Source: Octopus sinensis (taxonomy: Eukaryota). Taken from it: DNA of 64,000 nt. The notes below the pieces were generated by a model. That model saw only the letters and a list, made by a program, of their open reading frames with translations. It had not been told where the DNA came from and did no database searches. How positions within the stretch are numbered: position 1 is the stretch's first letter; each line of letters opens with the position of its first letter. The stretch spans positions 7,688,001 through 7,752,000 of the forward strand of contig NC_042998.1 in the NCBI RefSeq assembly GCF_006345805.1. The letters run 5' to 3'. This document shows, piece by piece, positions 1 through 13,359 of this stretch. Made by a program: the position numbers and the translations under genes.

Positions 1-720
1 TTCTTATTCTTCTTACCAGAGGGAATGACAGAAGTGAAAGGATAAGAACTGATAAAGACATAACACTCAATGTTTAAACTTAAGAGGTTGTACAAGAGAA
101 GAAATTCGGCATAGAAGCGCTTTTAGAATAGAGATAAAGAAACAGTGTCTTGGAAACAAGAAAGGGGTTGAAGTTGGAGTTCATAAACAGAAGCCAAAAA
201 ATTAGAAACTCGCTTCCGGACTCGATTAAGGAGAATGACAAGACCAGTGGAAATTAGTGTTCTATAAAAAAAGTGAATAAAGGACGTACAAAGATGAATT
301 ATTAATTTGGAGGATGATCTGATATAGAGAGCAAACCTTTATAATGAATGATCTAGTAACAGACCTTAATATTAATATTTCATTAGGAAAAGGTAAAACT
401 GCAAAACGGAGACTAGAAAACTCAGGAAGAACAGCATCAGTCATAGAAATACGAATATCATAAAAAATAAGGACATTACAAGGAGTATACTGTGTAGCGA
501 TGAACATTAATGTTTAATGTGAAACGTGAAGCACTGAAAGGTTAATGTATTGTGGGATCCAATAGAAAGAAGAGTGGTAGCTTTTTCTCAGAATCGAAGA
601 GTCCATAAATATGAACTTTTGTAGACAGGTAGCATCAATACTGAATTGAAGACACTCAACTAAAACGAAAGTATTCAAAGTTGCATTATAGGATATGCTA
701 CAGAAATAGTGAAATGCTAA
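1..720 (-). mobile_element. Decayed LINE (CR1/L2/Jockey-like) RT C-terminal region
   Basis: The minus strand gives broken peptides KVHIY.., LLNRVRKRVSNF, LQPLS..VSLSLF, SSLVQPLKF and YPFTSVIP. They occur in the same order as CR1/L2-type RT C-termini, with many stops and frameshifts. Confidence 0.5.
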
Positions 721-970
721 AAAGACAAAAAAATCCGATTACGATGATATTTTATACCTCTCAAGTGGTTATCTTTCCTTCAGTCTTGAATGCTAAAAGA
801 AATATTGATTTATACAGGGCTTCAGTATACACTATAATGGAGAATATTTGTCTTAATTATATAGAAATAACTACTGCCCATTGTACATATAGATATCAAC
901 ATGTAAGAGCAATTTGTTAAAAGTTAATATTCCAAAACTAAAGCAGAAGAAATATTGTAAATATTTTTAC

Positions 971-1135
971 CTGATCGTTACATATTTTATATTTCGTATG
1001 TTCTCCAGGGCAATCAGCTTGTTTACGGCTCTGGCACATGCGTCGTTTGAATGAAATCCCTTGACCACACGTCTTCATGCAAGGACCATAAGCACTCCAC
1101 GGCGCCCAGTTGCTAAGTACTGGAACACAAACTCC
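971..1135 (-). CDS. Internal exon encoding a thrombospondin type-1 (TSP1/TSR) repeat, ADAMTS/ADAMTS-like/papilin-type extracellular protein
   Basis: Acceptor ttctgcattgcAG|GGA at 1135 and donor CAG|GTaaaa at 971. Length 165 nt, phase 0-0. Peptide GVCVPVLSNWAPWSAYGPCMKTCGQGISFKRRMCQSRKQADCPGEHTKYKICNDQ has the WxxWS..C..TCG.G...R.R.C...C.G...Y..CN TSR pattern. Confidence 0.9.
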
Positions 1136-1656
1136 CTGCAATGCAGAAATAATAATGTTGTAAAGGAATGTTTGCTATTTTATGATAAATTATGAAAATA
1201 TCATCACTAGCGCATGCGCTTGCTATGCTGCAATGGGGAAATCTTTATAGAATTAATTTGCTTCTGGCTGATCTGGAAATGACAAATGAAGAGACAGAAA
1301 AATTTGTACTGCATTGATCAATGCAGGTAGCTTATCGGATGTGATTCTTGGATGTCACCTTTAGGTTAGCAAATTAGCAACTTAGTGTTAGCTGTGTGCA
1401 TTATGTAGTTGCTATATTTCATAGATTCGAAACGATCCAATGCACGGAATAAAATAAATAAACAATAACATGATGGCTGATACAATAGAAGTAATGAAAC
1501 CAAAACTTACAATAAAAGAAATAATATATTATGAACGAAGATTTGCTTAAAATTACTCGCTGAGCAGAGTGGCGCAGTGGAAGTATGCAGATCCCATAAC
1601 TCGACACTGCGCTCTGCGAAGAAACGGAATTGTCTACAAATGTACCAACCACATAT

Positions 1657-1881
1657 ACTCTTTACTCTTTTACTTGTTTCAGTCATTTGACTGCGGCCAT
1701 GCTGGAGCACCACCTTTAGTCGAGCAAATCGACCCCGGGACTTATTCTTTGTAAGCCCAGTACTTATTCTATCGGTCTCTTTTGCCGAACCGCTAAGTCA
1801 CGGGGACGTAAACACACCAGCATCGGTTGTCAAGCAATGCTAGGGGGACAAACACAGACACACAAACACACACACACACAC

Positions 1882-1929
<48 letters not shown>

Positions 1930-2095
1930 ATACGACAGGCTTCTTTCAGTTTCCGTCTACCAAATCAACTCACAAGGCATTGGTCGGCCCGGGGCTATAA
2001 CAGAAGACACTTGCCCAAGATGCCACGCAGTGGGACTGAACCCGGAACCATGTGGTTGGTTAGCAAGCTACTTACCACACAGCCACTCCTGCACC
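1657..2095 (-). mobile_element. SINE family A (tRNA-derived, internal (TA)n(TG)n, TAAAAGAG tail), full length
   Basis: Head GG(C/T)GCAGGAGTGGCTGTGTGGTAAG..GGTTCAGTCCC (A/B box-like), body CTTGGGCAAGTGTCTTCT, tail CAGTCAAATGACTGAAACAAG(TAAAAGAG)n. More than 20 homologous copies in the window. Confidence 0.9.
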
Positions 2096-2099
2096 TATA

Positions 2100-2252
2100 T
2101 GTTTCTTTTCTGTGTATCTTTCTGTCGAAGAGCGTAGGCTCGAAACGTAAAAGACTTGTTCTATTTCTATTCCTGAGCGCCATAATAATACATTTGTTTG
2201 TTTGTACTCCACCTGCCTTCGTCTTTTGTTTATTTTCGTAAACTTTCCCGTT
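2100..2252 (+). mobile_element. Short PLE-derived non-autonomous element with variant minimal hammerhead motif
   Basis: TCTTT-CTGTCGAA-GAGC gtag GCTC-GAAAC-GTA-AAAGA at 2117-2154. The downstream part is homologous to 18757-18860 and to the reverse complement of 13100-13240. Confidence 0.55.
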
Positions 2253-2271
2253 ATATATATATATATATATA

Positions 2272-2595
2272 TCTTTTACTTGTTTCAGTCATTTGACTGC
2301 GGCCATACTGGAGCAGCGCCTTTAGTCGAGCAAATCGACCCTAGGACTTATTCTTTGTAAGCCTAGTACTTATTCTATCGGTTTCTTTTTGCCGAACCGC
2401 TAAGTTACGGGGACGTAAACACACCAACATCGATTGTCAAGCGATGTTGTGGGGGACAAACACAGACACACAAACATATACACACACATACAGTAGTAGG
2501 CTATAGTAGAAGACACTTGCCCAAGGTGCCCGCAGTGGGACTGAACCCGGAACCATGTGGTTCGTAAGCAAGCTACTTACCACACAGCCACTCCC
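2272..2595 (-). mobile_element. SINE family A, internally deleted
   Basis: Same tail and head as 1657-2095 but lacking the segment next to the microsatellite. Confidence 0.85.
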
Positions 2596-3397
2596 GTTAA
2601 AATTATGGGTTTTATTTCTGATTCTTTTCAATATTTCGTGATATATTTACTCTAATTTCTTCTTGTGTTCCTTGTTGTTAAGCAACTCTTGTTCCCAATT
2701 CACGTTAAACATTGGTCATACACAAAATCACTTTTGACAGTATATGAGATCTTGCAAGAAAAAAGTGTTATTTGTGAATGAAATTTGTGTCTCTGTGACT
2801 AAGAAATTCTTGTTTGGTTGCTAATTACCTGGTGCATATTTGAAAGGTCGCCTCTTCACATTCTTACTCTTACGCTCTATACTTCATTATCCTCGGTGCC
2901 TCTCACTCGTTATCTCTAATTCTGTTATAGTGCTCATCATTTTTCTTTCCACCTCTCCTTTTTCACTCGCCCTAATTCTTTCTCTCTCGCTCTTTCATAT
3001 ATCCGATATTCCTATATATGTTCCTCTCACACCCTATTTCCTTTCCTTGATGACTACTTGCAATCTCTTTCTATTCTATGTATCATAGTATATCGATATA
3101 ATGTTGTGCTTTGCCATTGAACTGACATACGTCTTAAGTACCAAAAGCAATTTCTTATTTGGTGCATATACTGTGTTAAACGTACTTAATCCTCAAGTAA
3201 AGTAAAGTGGGGCCCAATTAGAATTTTCTTGAGGTTGAGTAGCCCATGCCGCTCGAATGGTCCTTGAAAAAGGGTTGTTTAAGGATGTTGAATGAAACAG
3301 CCATGTTTCCAGAGGTGAATTATTCAAAGAATTCCTCTCAACACGTGGCTATGATGTTCCCCTACTACTTCTGCTCGTGATAAGAGATGCACATATC

Positions 3398-3604
3398 TTT
3401 TTCTACTCTAGGCACAAAGCCCGAAACTTTTGGGGAGGCGTGGCCAGTTCATTATATCGACACCAGTACGCAACTGGTACTTAATTTATCGACCCCGAAA
3501 GGATGAAAGGCAAAGTCGACCTCGGCGGAATTTGAACTCAGAACGTAACGGCAGACGAAATATGGCTACGCATTTCACACGGCGTGCTAACGTTTCTTCC
3601 AGCA
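3398..3604 (-). mobile_element. SINE family B (Deu/Nin-like central domain), tail type 1
   Basis: Reverse complement contains GAGTTCAAATTCCGCCGAGGTCGACTTTGCCTTTCATCCTTTCGGGGTCGATAAATTAAGTACCAG. Confidence 0.85.
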
Positions 3605-5366
3605 ACCACTAAAGGACATGCTCAACTGGTTAAGGTCAATCAAGTGACAAACAAATCTGTGGTATTGAGCAGAATATTTGTTGTAGCTCATCTTTTATAT
3701 CAATAGAAAACAATGTACATGATAAGACTTTCAACCATACTTTGATGTGACTTTCATTTACGCGCAAATTTTCGTAAAGCGAATGAAATACGATAAATAT
3801 CGTTATTGAAGATGAAATATCATAATTTCAGTGATGTATTACGGGAAAGTATTTTTGTACCTCTTTCAACTTTGTAACAAGAGCTTTCGCTATAACTTCT
3901 GCTGGAATTCAGGTAAATACAGGTAAATGTGACGGGTTAAATAAATCACGGTCTCTCTCTCTCCCCTTACACGACTAAAATGTCATTTGTTAGCTTCTTA
4001 TAAATCGTTCTCAAGCATCTAACTCCGATTTTTATTTATCCAAGCAATTCATTTATTTAAAAGTTTTATCAAATTCCTTTCGATCAAATTCTACCTCATC
4101 ACTCATTCATGTTTTATAAATATAACTTGTTTTGATCATTCTTTTTTTCTGTCTTTCTTTCATTCTTTCCGGGAACTTCTAGTAGAAGAGAAACCAGATG
4201 TCAAAACATCAGTCTCCCCAAATCTCTAGCGCTAGTGAGCCAAATGTGTTATAAACCCGTTGTTGTAAAAGGAAGTTCTTCTGTGACATACACAACAGCG
4301 ACTAGCATATTAGCGTTAGAATCTGCCGGAATGTATTGGGAATAATTATGCAGATCATTGCTCCTTTCGTCTTTTCTTATTTCCTTTCTTCCCATTATTT
4401 CTGTCATGCATTGTACTTTTTCCTTTCTTCTTCACTTGATTTTTCTGAGATTATACAAATACAGGAATTAAATGTATCGTTAGCTAAGACTCGACTCGTC
4501 TTTCTAGTTTCTTTATATAAATATTTGCCCAACGTTAAAAAATCGTTTTCTTTTTTCTTTCTGATTTATTCAGTCTACCGACCGAATATTTTTTTTTTAA
4601 TATTCCAATATTTTCATATCCTAACAAATCTTTTTTGTTATTCCTCACGTGGATAGTTTTTCTAAACTAGACATATGTATATATGTAAAATGTATGTATA
4701 TATACATATATATAATGTATACATGTATGAGTGTAGGTCTATATCATTTAGTATTATTCATATTTACATTTATCAATGTATACGTTGCCCACGCGCTATG
4801 TAAATTAGCGCTTAGCAAACAGTTTTGCAAGGTTGTATACATTATCGTTTGTATAGTAGAGGCCGTGTTTGTCAGTAATAGATATGTCAGATTTGTTAAA
4901 GCGATCTTTCAGCTACCTTCAGAAACGCTATAGTAATAATAAAAGGTTTGTACACTTCTTTTCATGGCAAACTTGAATTTGTCACACGCACATACAAAAA
5001 AGGAAATACAAACGAACAATTTAAATATAACAGTCTAGACTAACACATACATCGAGAAGCTGATGAATGAAGAGGGAAATAATATTTTATTCATATTTGT
5101 ATTACTATCAATCTTAACCATGACTACAAGTTGTAGCTTCTTTAAGTCATTTATCTTATCTTTAGTCATTGTTTCAGTCATTGGACTGCGGCCAAGTTGG
5201 GACACCGCCTGGAAGGTTTAGTCAATGAAAGCCACCTCAGTACATGTATATAGATATATAATCTTTTAACGTGTAGTACTTATTCTATCGATCGGATTTG
5301 CCTTACCACTAAGTTTCGGAGACGTAGACTAACCAAAACTCGTCAAGCACTAGTTGGGGGCGGGTC

Positions 5367-5414
<48 letters not shown>

Positions 5415-6135
5415 GTAACACGGAAGTACATATATACATGCACACACACAATGGACAGATTAAAGTGTCCCCGCTACTCCACAGATTCACACTAACAAAT
5501 TATACAATTGATTTATTTTGACTAAGCATACGATTAGACTTTGTTCAGGGGATTAATTTCGGCGTATTATTGCTACTGGGATTATGAAAAACTAATTCAT
5601 GTAGGACATTTTGCAGAATACAACTTAATATCTGAATGTATCCAATAATTTCATTCATAGTCTTACACACATTTACACACACATGCACTGCTTTTTTCTC
5701 CCATTCCTTAGACATATTCAGAATAATAAGATCAATTGAAATCAAATATATAGAAGGAACTGAATCCAAATGGGAATCAAAGCTGTTTCAGGGATCAGGT
5801 TAACGGAAATTTTGTGTTTCCTCAACAATGTTATATTTTATAAATACACATATGATGAAAATGAGTCACAACCTTGTTTCTTGTTGCAAGAAACGTATAA
5901 ACTACTGCCACAACATTCGTCATTAATTCAACAGGACGTATCGGAATACTCAAGACGACAGCAAATAAATGCACACTTGCAAAAATGGATATTAGTCTCT
6001 CCTATATGCTAGTCTTTGCTCTCTACATTGCTTGGTTAATGCTGTAGTGAGATCAGTTGGTGACCCTTAGAAACCGTATAAATTTCTTTTGCATAAAAAT
6101 TTGTAACTATCCTTGTAGGTACATTTACATATATA

Positions 6136-6540
<405 letters not shown>

Positions 6541-7241
6541 TAGTAACAAAATGACAAAGGGCCAAGAGTTTTGGCGTTCGGTGAGTGCTAACGCTCGAAA
6601 CACTTGGCTCTTGAGTCATTCATTCAGTTACTTCTGCCAAATATCAATATGTGCATACATACATAAATACATACATAATACATTACATACATACATACAT
6701 AGACACACTCACACTTATACACACGTATATATCGTATATTTACAATGTTATAAAATAGATGATAGACACAATATTGATGGCTTACTGGCTGATCTCTTCG
6801 CCTTGTCTAATCTTGTGTATCGGTTCTTCACTTTGGTCCTTCTCTATTTTTTCCCATACCTAGCACTTTTTCAACGGCGCTTGTGCTTGGGTGGCCTTTC
6901 TATTACCTACACACGCTTATCAAAAATGTTATCATTTATAATAATTTATTATCACACCTTAAAAATTGATATTAAATTCAGATCTAGAGGGGCATAAAGT
7001 AGACACGTATCGCAAGTACTCTGGGAAATCAAAAACTACATTTTTAAAAATCTCCCTTTATTCTTAGCTTTTGGGAATGAAATATTGTCAGGGAAATATG
7101 CCATTTATTTAATATTTTCTGTGATTGCTTTATTTTATGTGTTTTTTGTCTCTATGGATAAGATTGACTTAAACAATTCCCTGTAGTTGTAAATAATTCT
7201 TTGCATCGAAATGCAAAGAAATCCTACATTACGTAACGATC

Positions 7242-7286
<45 letters not shown>

Positions 7287-8212
7287 GGATGTACTTTGCG
7301 CAATTAGGATTACCAAAAGTTCAGTGACGTTTAATGACTACCAAAATAACTTCGCATAAAAAGTGCAAGTGCCTTTTAAGCAGCTTGGCGCGATCGTTAA
7401 GATCTACATCTATTAGATATTATCTACATCAATAACGTCAAGAACAAAACACAGACAGCAGATGGTGAAACACTGTTATATCTATCGCCGTCGTTCTTCA
7501 CCCAACTGCTTCCGTTTTCATTATCACAGATATATTTATTTTTGCCTCCGCCTCCAATCTGCTCCAGCCTATCTCTTGTCTATTTAAATATGTCTGCCTG
7601 TCTTGTTCTACGTCTCTTAGTTCCTCTGTCTTTCTATTTTTATGATTTATTTTTTCTCTATCGTTTACACTTTCTCCCTGTCCTATTATTTCCTATGCTC
7701 TTTCCGTTCTTTTTACATCTTTATTAATTCGTATCCGTTTCCTTTTCTTTCTTGTCTCTCTCTCTCTCCGCCTATCTATCTGCTTCTTCTTTCTGTTTTT
7801 TCTCTCCGTCTGTCTGACATTCTGTCTAATTTACTTCTTCATTCAATCGTTCATCTAATTCTTCACAACTGTCCTCGAATTTTTTTCACTTTGTGTCACT
7901 TCCATTTAACCGCTTATTTTATTTTACTTTATTTTATTTTACTTTTCAGAAGCAAGTATTTGTATATATTGGATAGAAAGGGACGAAGTGAGAACTGAGA
8001 AAGATAACTCTACTCGGATTGTTTAAGACGATAAAATGTATTAAGGTTAAGAGGCCAAGTGAACTTTCACCGATAATATTCAATGACACAACAGTTCAGA
8101 TAAATAAAGTAGTATGCAGATGTATAAACTTATACAGGCTTAGATGTTAGTAAACGGCTGGGTGCCATTAACCACTTTGATATTTTGATATTTTTACTTT
8201 GTGCCAGTATGT

Positions 8213-8267
<55 letters not shown>

Positions 8268-8519
8268 CATACACGTTTTCTTTCAGCACATCCTTACACG
8301 CCTCCAGTAACGTACACTCACAAAATCGCTCCTAAACCTTCACAGTAAATATGCTTTAAAGCAATTATATTTGTTTGATAACCATGTTTGTTGTTCCTGC
8401 TGTTTTGTGTTTATAAGATATAGTCTACATTTTATAATATTGTTGTTCTTTAACAGTGGAAGAGGTCTTTAAAAGTGTTTGAACTTTGATACATAATATT
8501 ATTGTCTATAATACATTCT

Positions 8520-8736
8520 CTTTTCTCTTTTTCTCTCTTTTACTTGTTTCAGTCATTTGACTGCGGCCATGCTGGAGCACCGCCTTTAGTCGAGCAAATC
8601 GACCCCGGGACTTATTATTTGTAAGCCCAGTACTTATTGTATCGGTCTCTTTTGCCGAACCGCTAAGTAACGGGGACGTAAACACGCCAGCATCGGTTGT
8701 CAAGCAATGCTAGGGGGAACAAACACACAAACACAT

Positions 8737-8779
<43 letters not shown>

Positions 8780-8942
8780 CGACAGGCTTCTTTCAGTTTC
8801 CGTCTACCAAATCCACTCACAAGGCATTGGTCAGCCCGAGGCTATAGTAGAAGACACTTGCCCAAGGTGCCACGCAGTGGGACTGAAACCGGAACCATGT
8901 GGTTGGTTAGCAAGCTACTTACCACACAGCCACTCCTGCGCC
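8520..8942 (-). mobile_element. SINE family A, full length
   Basis: Colinear with 1657-2095. Confidence 0.9.
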
Positions 8943-9984
8943 TAGGTACTCTATTTCTTAAAGTATGCCAATTCATTTGGAAGCTTAATTTACAACATAA
9001 TTAAGAAACAGTGATCAGCATATTTGCGTTCGAATCTGTCAGAACGTTTTGAGTATAAATTTGCAAATCTTTGTTTCCGATTATTCTGTAAATAGTGCAA
9101 ATAGCGATTTTCTTATCGGTTCACAGATATCAGCTCTGTTCAGCAAACAAACTGTTCGCTGAAAGAATAAACAAAACCACCGGCTCTTGTTTAGGCTCAC
9201 AGATCCAGGGCTGCTTCCGGTTGACGAGACACAACATACCGAAAACACGGATGTCTCAGAACCCATTGCAACATTGAGCTGAGTGTGCTATGAACACATC
9301 ATAAAAAGGAAAATATTTTCTTCTGAGACGTACACAACAGCGAGTAGAATATTTGTCTGACTCTGTTGGAAAATCAAATATGCAAATCATCGTTTCATCT
9401 CTCGCTGCACACAGTATAAATAACGATTTCAAAATGATAGCATTTCAACCTGAATTCGATAATACGACCTTTACACTAAGTCAAACTGTCACCGAGATTG
9501 TTGATTAACTCTAAATCACTTCTGATGATCTACGGGTACTCTAACCTTAGCTACGCTATCATTTTTTTTAATTTTACAAACGGTTTATCTCAGGAAAGGA
9601 TTTGCAATATGTTCATTTTCTTCAAAGACAGTACAGTGTGAATTTGAGGAGGTCTAGCTCCTATTTCTACCAACATACCAAGAGATCGCGAAGCGACTGG
9701 TGTATGCGAACATAAAAATGAGCTATTATTATCTTGTCCTAGAATATTTTTATAGGAGAATACGGAGGAGAAACCTAGCATTTTCACTATTAGTGCTGCT
9801 TATGCAAGAAGACATAACGTTGCAAGATGCAGAGCTTTCATTCTATTATTTTATTTAGAAATATTTCATCCGTTCTGCTATCGAGTTTGCGTTCACAAGC
9901 CAACACAATAAGGTATTTGGAAAAGAAAACCGTTTGCCATTTAAAATCAATCCCACTAAAATCCTTATTTTCCTTCTGGCATTT

Positions 9985-10285
9985 TATTTGCCGGACCGCT
10001 AAGATACGGGAACGCAAATAAACAGACACAAGTTGTCAAGTGATAGTGGAAGCACAAACACATAGATTTACATATATATATATATATATATATACGTGCA
10101 CGCGCACACACATACACACACACACTCACAAACAGGACGGCCTTCTTTCAGTTTCCGTCTACTAAATCCACTCACAAGACATTGGCCGGCTCGGGGCTAT
10201 AATAGAACACACTTGCCCAGGGTGCCACGCAGTGAAACTGAACCCAGAACCACGTATCTGGAAAGCAAACTTTTTACCATACAGC
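9985..10285 (-). mobile_element. SINE family A, diverged
   Basis: TTCTTTCAGTTTCCGTCTAC..CACTTGCCCAGGGTGCCACGCAGTG is recognisable. Confidence 0.75.
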
Positions 10286-11049
10286 TAAGAGCTGTTTCAT
10301 TAAATAAATTTCATTAAGTTCATTGGAGATTAGAATGTGGAGGAGGAGGAGGAGGAGGAGGCTGTAAGAAACTTTGAATATTTGTTGCAGTCTGAGAAAA
10401 TTCTAAGTATTAATGCAATTTGATAATCAAAACGGCTTTTTGAACATTTAGCATTCTCTTCTTCTGAAAACATTTGGCTAACAGCTCCTTCGCTGAAAAA
10501 TATATATTTATATTTTGAAGGAAATTGTATTTAACCTTTGATATGATTTCACAGCTGCAATTAATTAGATTTCATAAAATCCCAGAAGAAAGCTCATAAT
10601 AAATCACCTAAGACGTCACTGCGTATAATGTAAAGTGTTACCAAAGTTGGAGGAAACTCCACATGATTATATCAGGTTGTCGACAGCTAAGAGTAAGAAC
10701 TAGCTACAACAGCCAGATTTCAGTGTCACTCTTCCCTAGTTTTTATTTACTGAATTAATTTATAATTCACCGAGTCAGGATATTCCCAACTTATTGCATT
10801 TTCTGCCTGTCCTAGTTTTCAGTTATACATTGATAAGATTCTAAAGAAACGGCTAAAGTAGCAATGGAAGAAAGAAAAAAATACTGTGTACTTGATGATT
10901 TGATGAATAGTCAAAACGAATTTATTTAATTCTAAGCTCATAAACGTCTACTATAATATTATCCCATGTGGTTTTCAAATGAAATTCCATCCCTCGATGC
11001 GGTCGCATAACACCACCGTTTACCATCATAGAATATTACACATTCTCAC

Positions 11050-11690
11050 ATTCTTTTATAAGGGATTTACGTGTGGCACTATCCACTTCATGTGTGCAAA
11101 ATGTAAAATTTTAACACGTGAATGAGCTCGCTACCACTTTGTTATCTTCAACTTTTCTCTCACACCACTTCAATCTACATAACTCTAAATAGGCCATCTC
11201 CACACGGATCTCCAATAACAATTCCACTAAATATAAGCATTCCTTACTCTTCCACTAACATTGCACTCAGTTCAAGGCTTCTATTCCATTATCTACAATG
11301 ACTAACAAGTTGAGATACCTAAATCTCTTGGACGTGGAAAGAACCCAAGAGATCTTCTCCATTTGAACACTGAACGAACCCACCTTATTAGGAATCTAGT
11401 GTTTATACCCATCAAAAAGACGCTAAGCGAATTCGACTTATGCTGAGTATTTACTCTGAAGAATCCAACTAGATACATACTTCTATGACAGTAGATTGGA
11501 ATCCTTGATGGCTAGAGACAGCTGCCAAAATCATGCAAATCACGTCCTATTTTCTTATACACAGACGGACATGCTAGACAGTGTAGTCCTAGATATAGAT
11601 GCAAAAATAAAGGGTGTTGTTACAACTGTAACGCATTTGATCACACGTTTGCCGACAAGAGTATCTTGGGTCTTAACATTCATAACATCG
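11050..11690 (+). mobile_element. Decayed Penelope-like element (RT thumb remnant plus degenerate hammerhead)
   Basis: Broken peptides AISTRISNN, NIALSSR and NPPY resemble PLE 'IS.RIS..SSN / YN.AL..SG / WFNPPYS'. CTGAAGA...GAGACAGCTGC lies at 11456-11526. Confidence 0.4.
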
Positions 11691-11996
11691 TAAAAGTCTG
11701 TTTAATTTTCAGTGAGTGTTTGTGTGACAAGTTAATCGATTCGACATTCAGTTCTGTTTTGTAGTGTGTATGTGTGTGTATGTGTGATTCTGTGACTGTG
11801 TGTATGTGCATGAATGCAACTCTCAAATTCATTTCATTTGTCTATCTTTTTAATTATATAAGGAAACAGGCAATTACCCCAATTCAAATTCGATGTAGAG
11901 CACGCTTAATGAGTAAATAATTTGATTAGATGAATTGAAATGTGACTTTTGAGAATCTTGTGGGTCTGCTCGTTACCACACCTGTACGTCCATACT

Positions 11997-12400
11997 TTTT
12001 TACTCTTTACTCTTTTACATGTTTCAGTCATATGACTGCGGCCATGCTGGAGCACCGCCTTTAATCGAGCAACTCGACTCCGGGACTTATTCTTTTGTAA
12101 GCCCAGTACTCATTCTATCGGTCTCTTTTGCCGAACCGCTAAGTAACGGGGACGTAAACACACCAGCATCGGTTGTCAAGCAATGCTAGGGGGACAACAA
12201 CAGACACACAAACACACACACACACATATATATACATATATACGACGGGCTTCTTTCAGTTTCTGTCTACCAAATCCACTCACAAGGCTTTGGTCGGCCC
12301 GAGGCTATAGCAGAAGAAACTTGCCCAATGTGCCACGCAGTGGGACTGAACCTGGAACCATGTGGTTGATAAACAAGCTACTTACCACACAGCCACGGCC
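11997..12400 (-). mobile_element. SINE family A, full length
   Basis: Colinear with other A copies. Confidence 0.9.
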
Positions 12401-13056
12401 CATACATACATACATACATATCGGGAAGTTGTGTTTCTTTATGCCTAGATTCTTATGTCTACAGACATCCTGTATAATATAACCTGTTTAAGCATTTCAT
12501 TTTGCCTTTGATCAGAGAACATGATTGTGCCCAAAGTCCGTTACAATACTTCCAAGACTGGTGAGAGAGAAAGAGAGAGGAAATAAGTGATCGTCAAACT
12601 GGAAAAGTAGTTCTATGCTTGCGACAGAGTTAGCGTTCAGCAAAATAATCACGAGCTTAGAGCGTCAAGAGAAGTTGGGCATCACAGAAATGGTAGATGG
12701 TTTACGGTACAAGAGAAATCACTTTAAATTTGTTAAAATAATATTCGAAGCGGTTTATATGATCGGAAATATAATTTCGAAGTGTTCGTGATGTCATAAT
12801 GAGGATCTGATCAAAGACTTTGCAATTAAAAAGAGCAGGAGAAAACTTTTAAAATGGAAATAAAACGGAAGTATACAAAAATAAACATTATTATCCTACA
12901 TACTGTTAGTCTTTGTTTCATTTTGAAAAATAAAAATTCATTTTATGGTTTGTTATTGGTTATATTTTGAATTACATATATATGGGTGCACCAGACTCTT
13001 TTAAGTGCTTAAGGCTTCTATGGGTCTTAATTTGGGCTTGAATAGAGTAGAATCCG

Positions 13057-13099
<43 letters not shown>

Positions 13100-13108
<9 letters not shown>

Positions 13109-13315
13109 TAATCCAAACAAAAAAGCACAAAAAAAAACACAACAACGCGAGGACGTGGAACAAATATAGTATTATTGGACGCTCAGGAAAGAAGGAAAGG
13201 AGGGTTTAACGATTCGAGCGGAGCTCTTCGTCGGAAACATAGAAGAAGGAAAGATCCAGAGAAGGGAAGACAGAGGGAAAAAAAATCGCCAACGGTACAC
13301 ACGAGGTCACATTTA
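13100..13315 (-). mobile_element. Short PLE-derived element with degenerate minimal hammerhead
   Basis: Minus strand GTTT-CCGACGA-A-GAGC tcc GCTC-GAATC-GTT-AAAC at 13204-13238. Homologous copy at 46631-46840. Confidence 0.6.
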
Positions 13316-13323
13316 GCACACTC

Positions 13324-13359
<36 letters not shown>

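Noticed and set aside
1837-2241. Recurrent ORF '[33 protein letters not shown]' suggesting a multigene family
   Set aside because: It is the antisense reading of SINE-A. Frames shift with microsatellite length.
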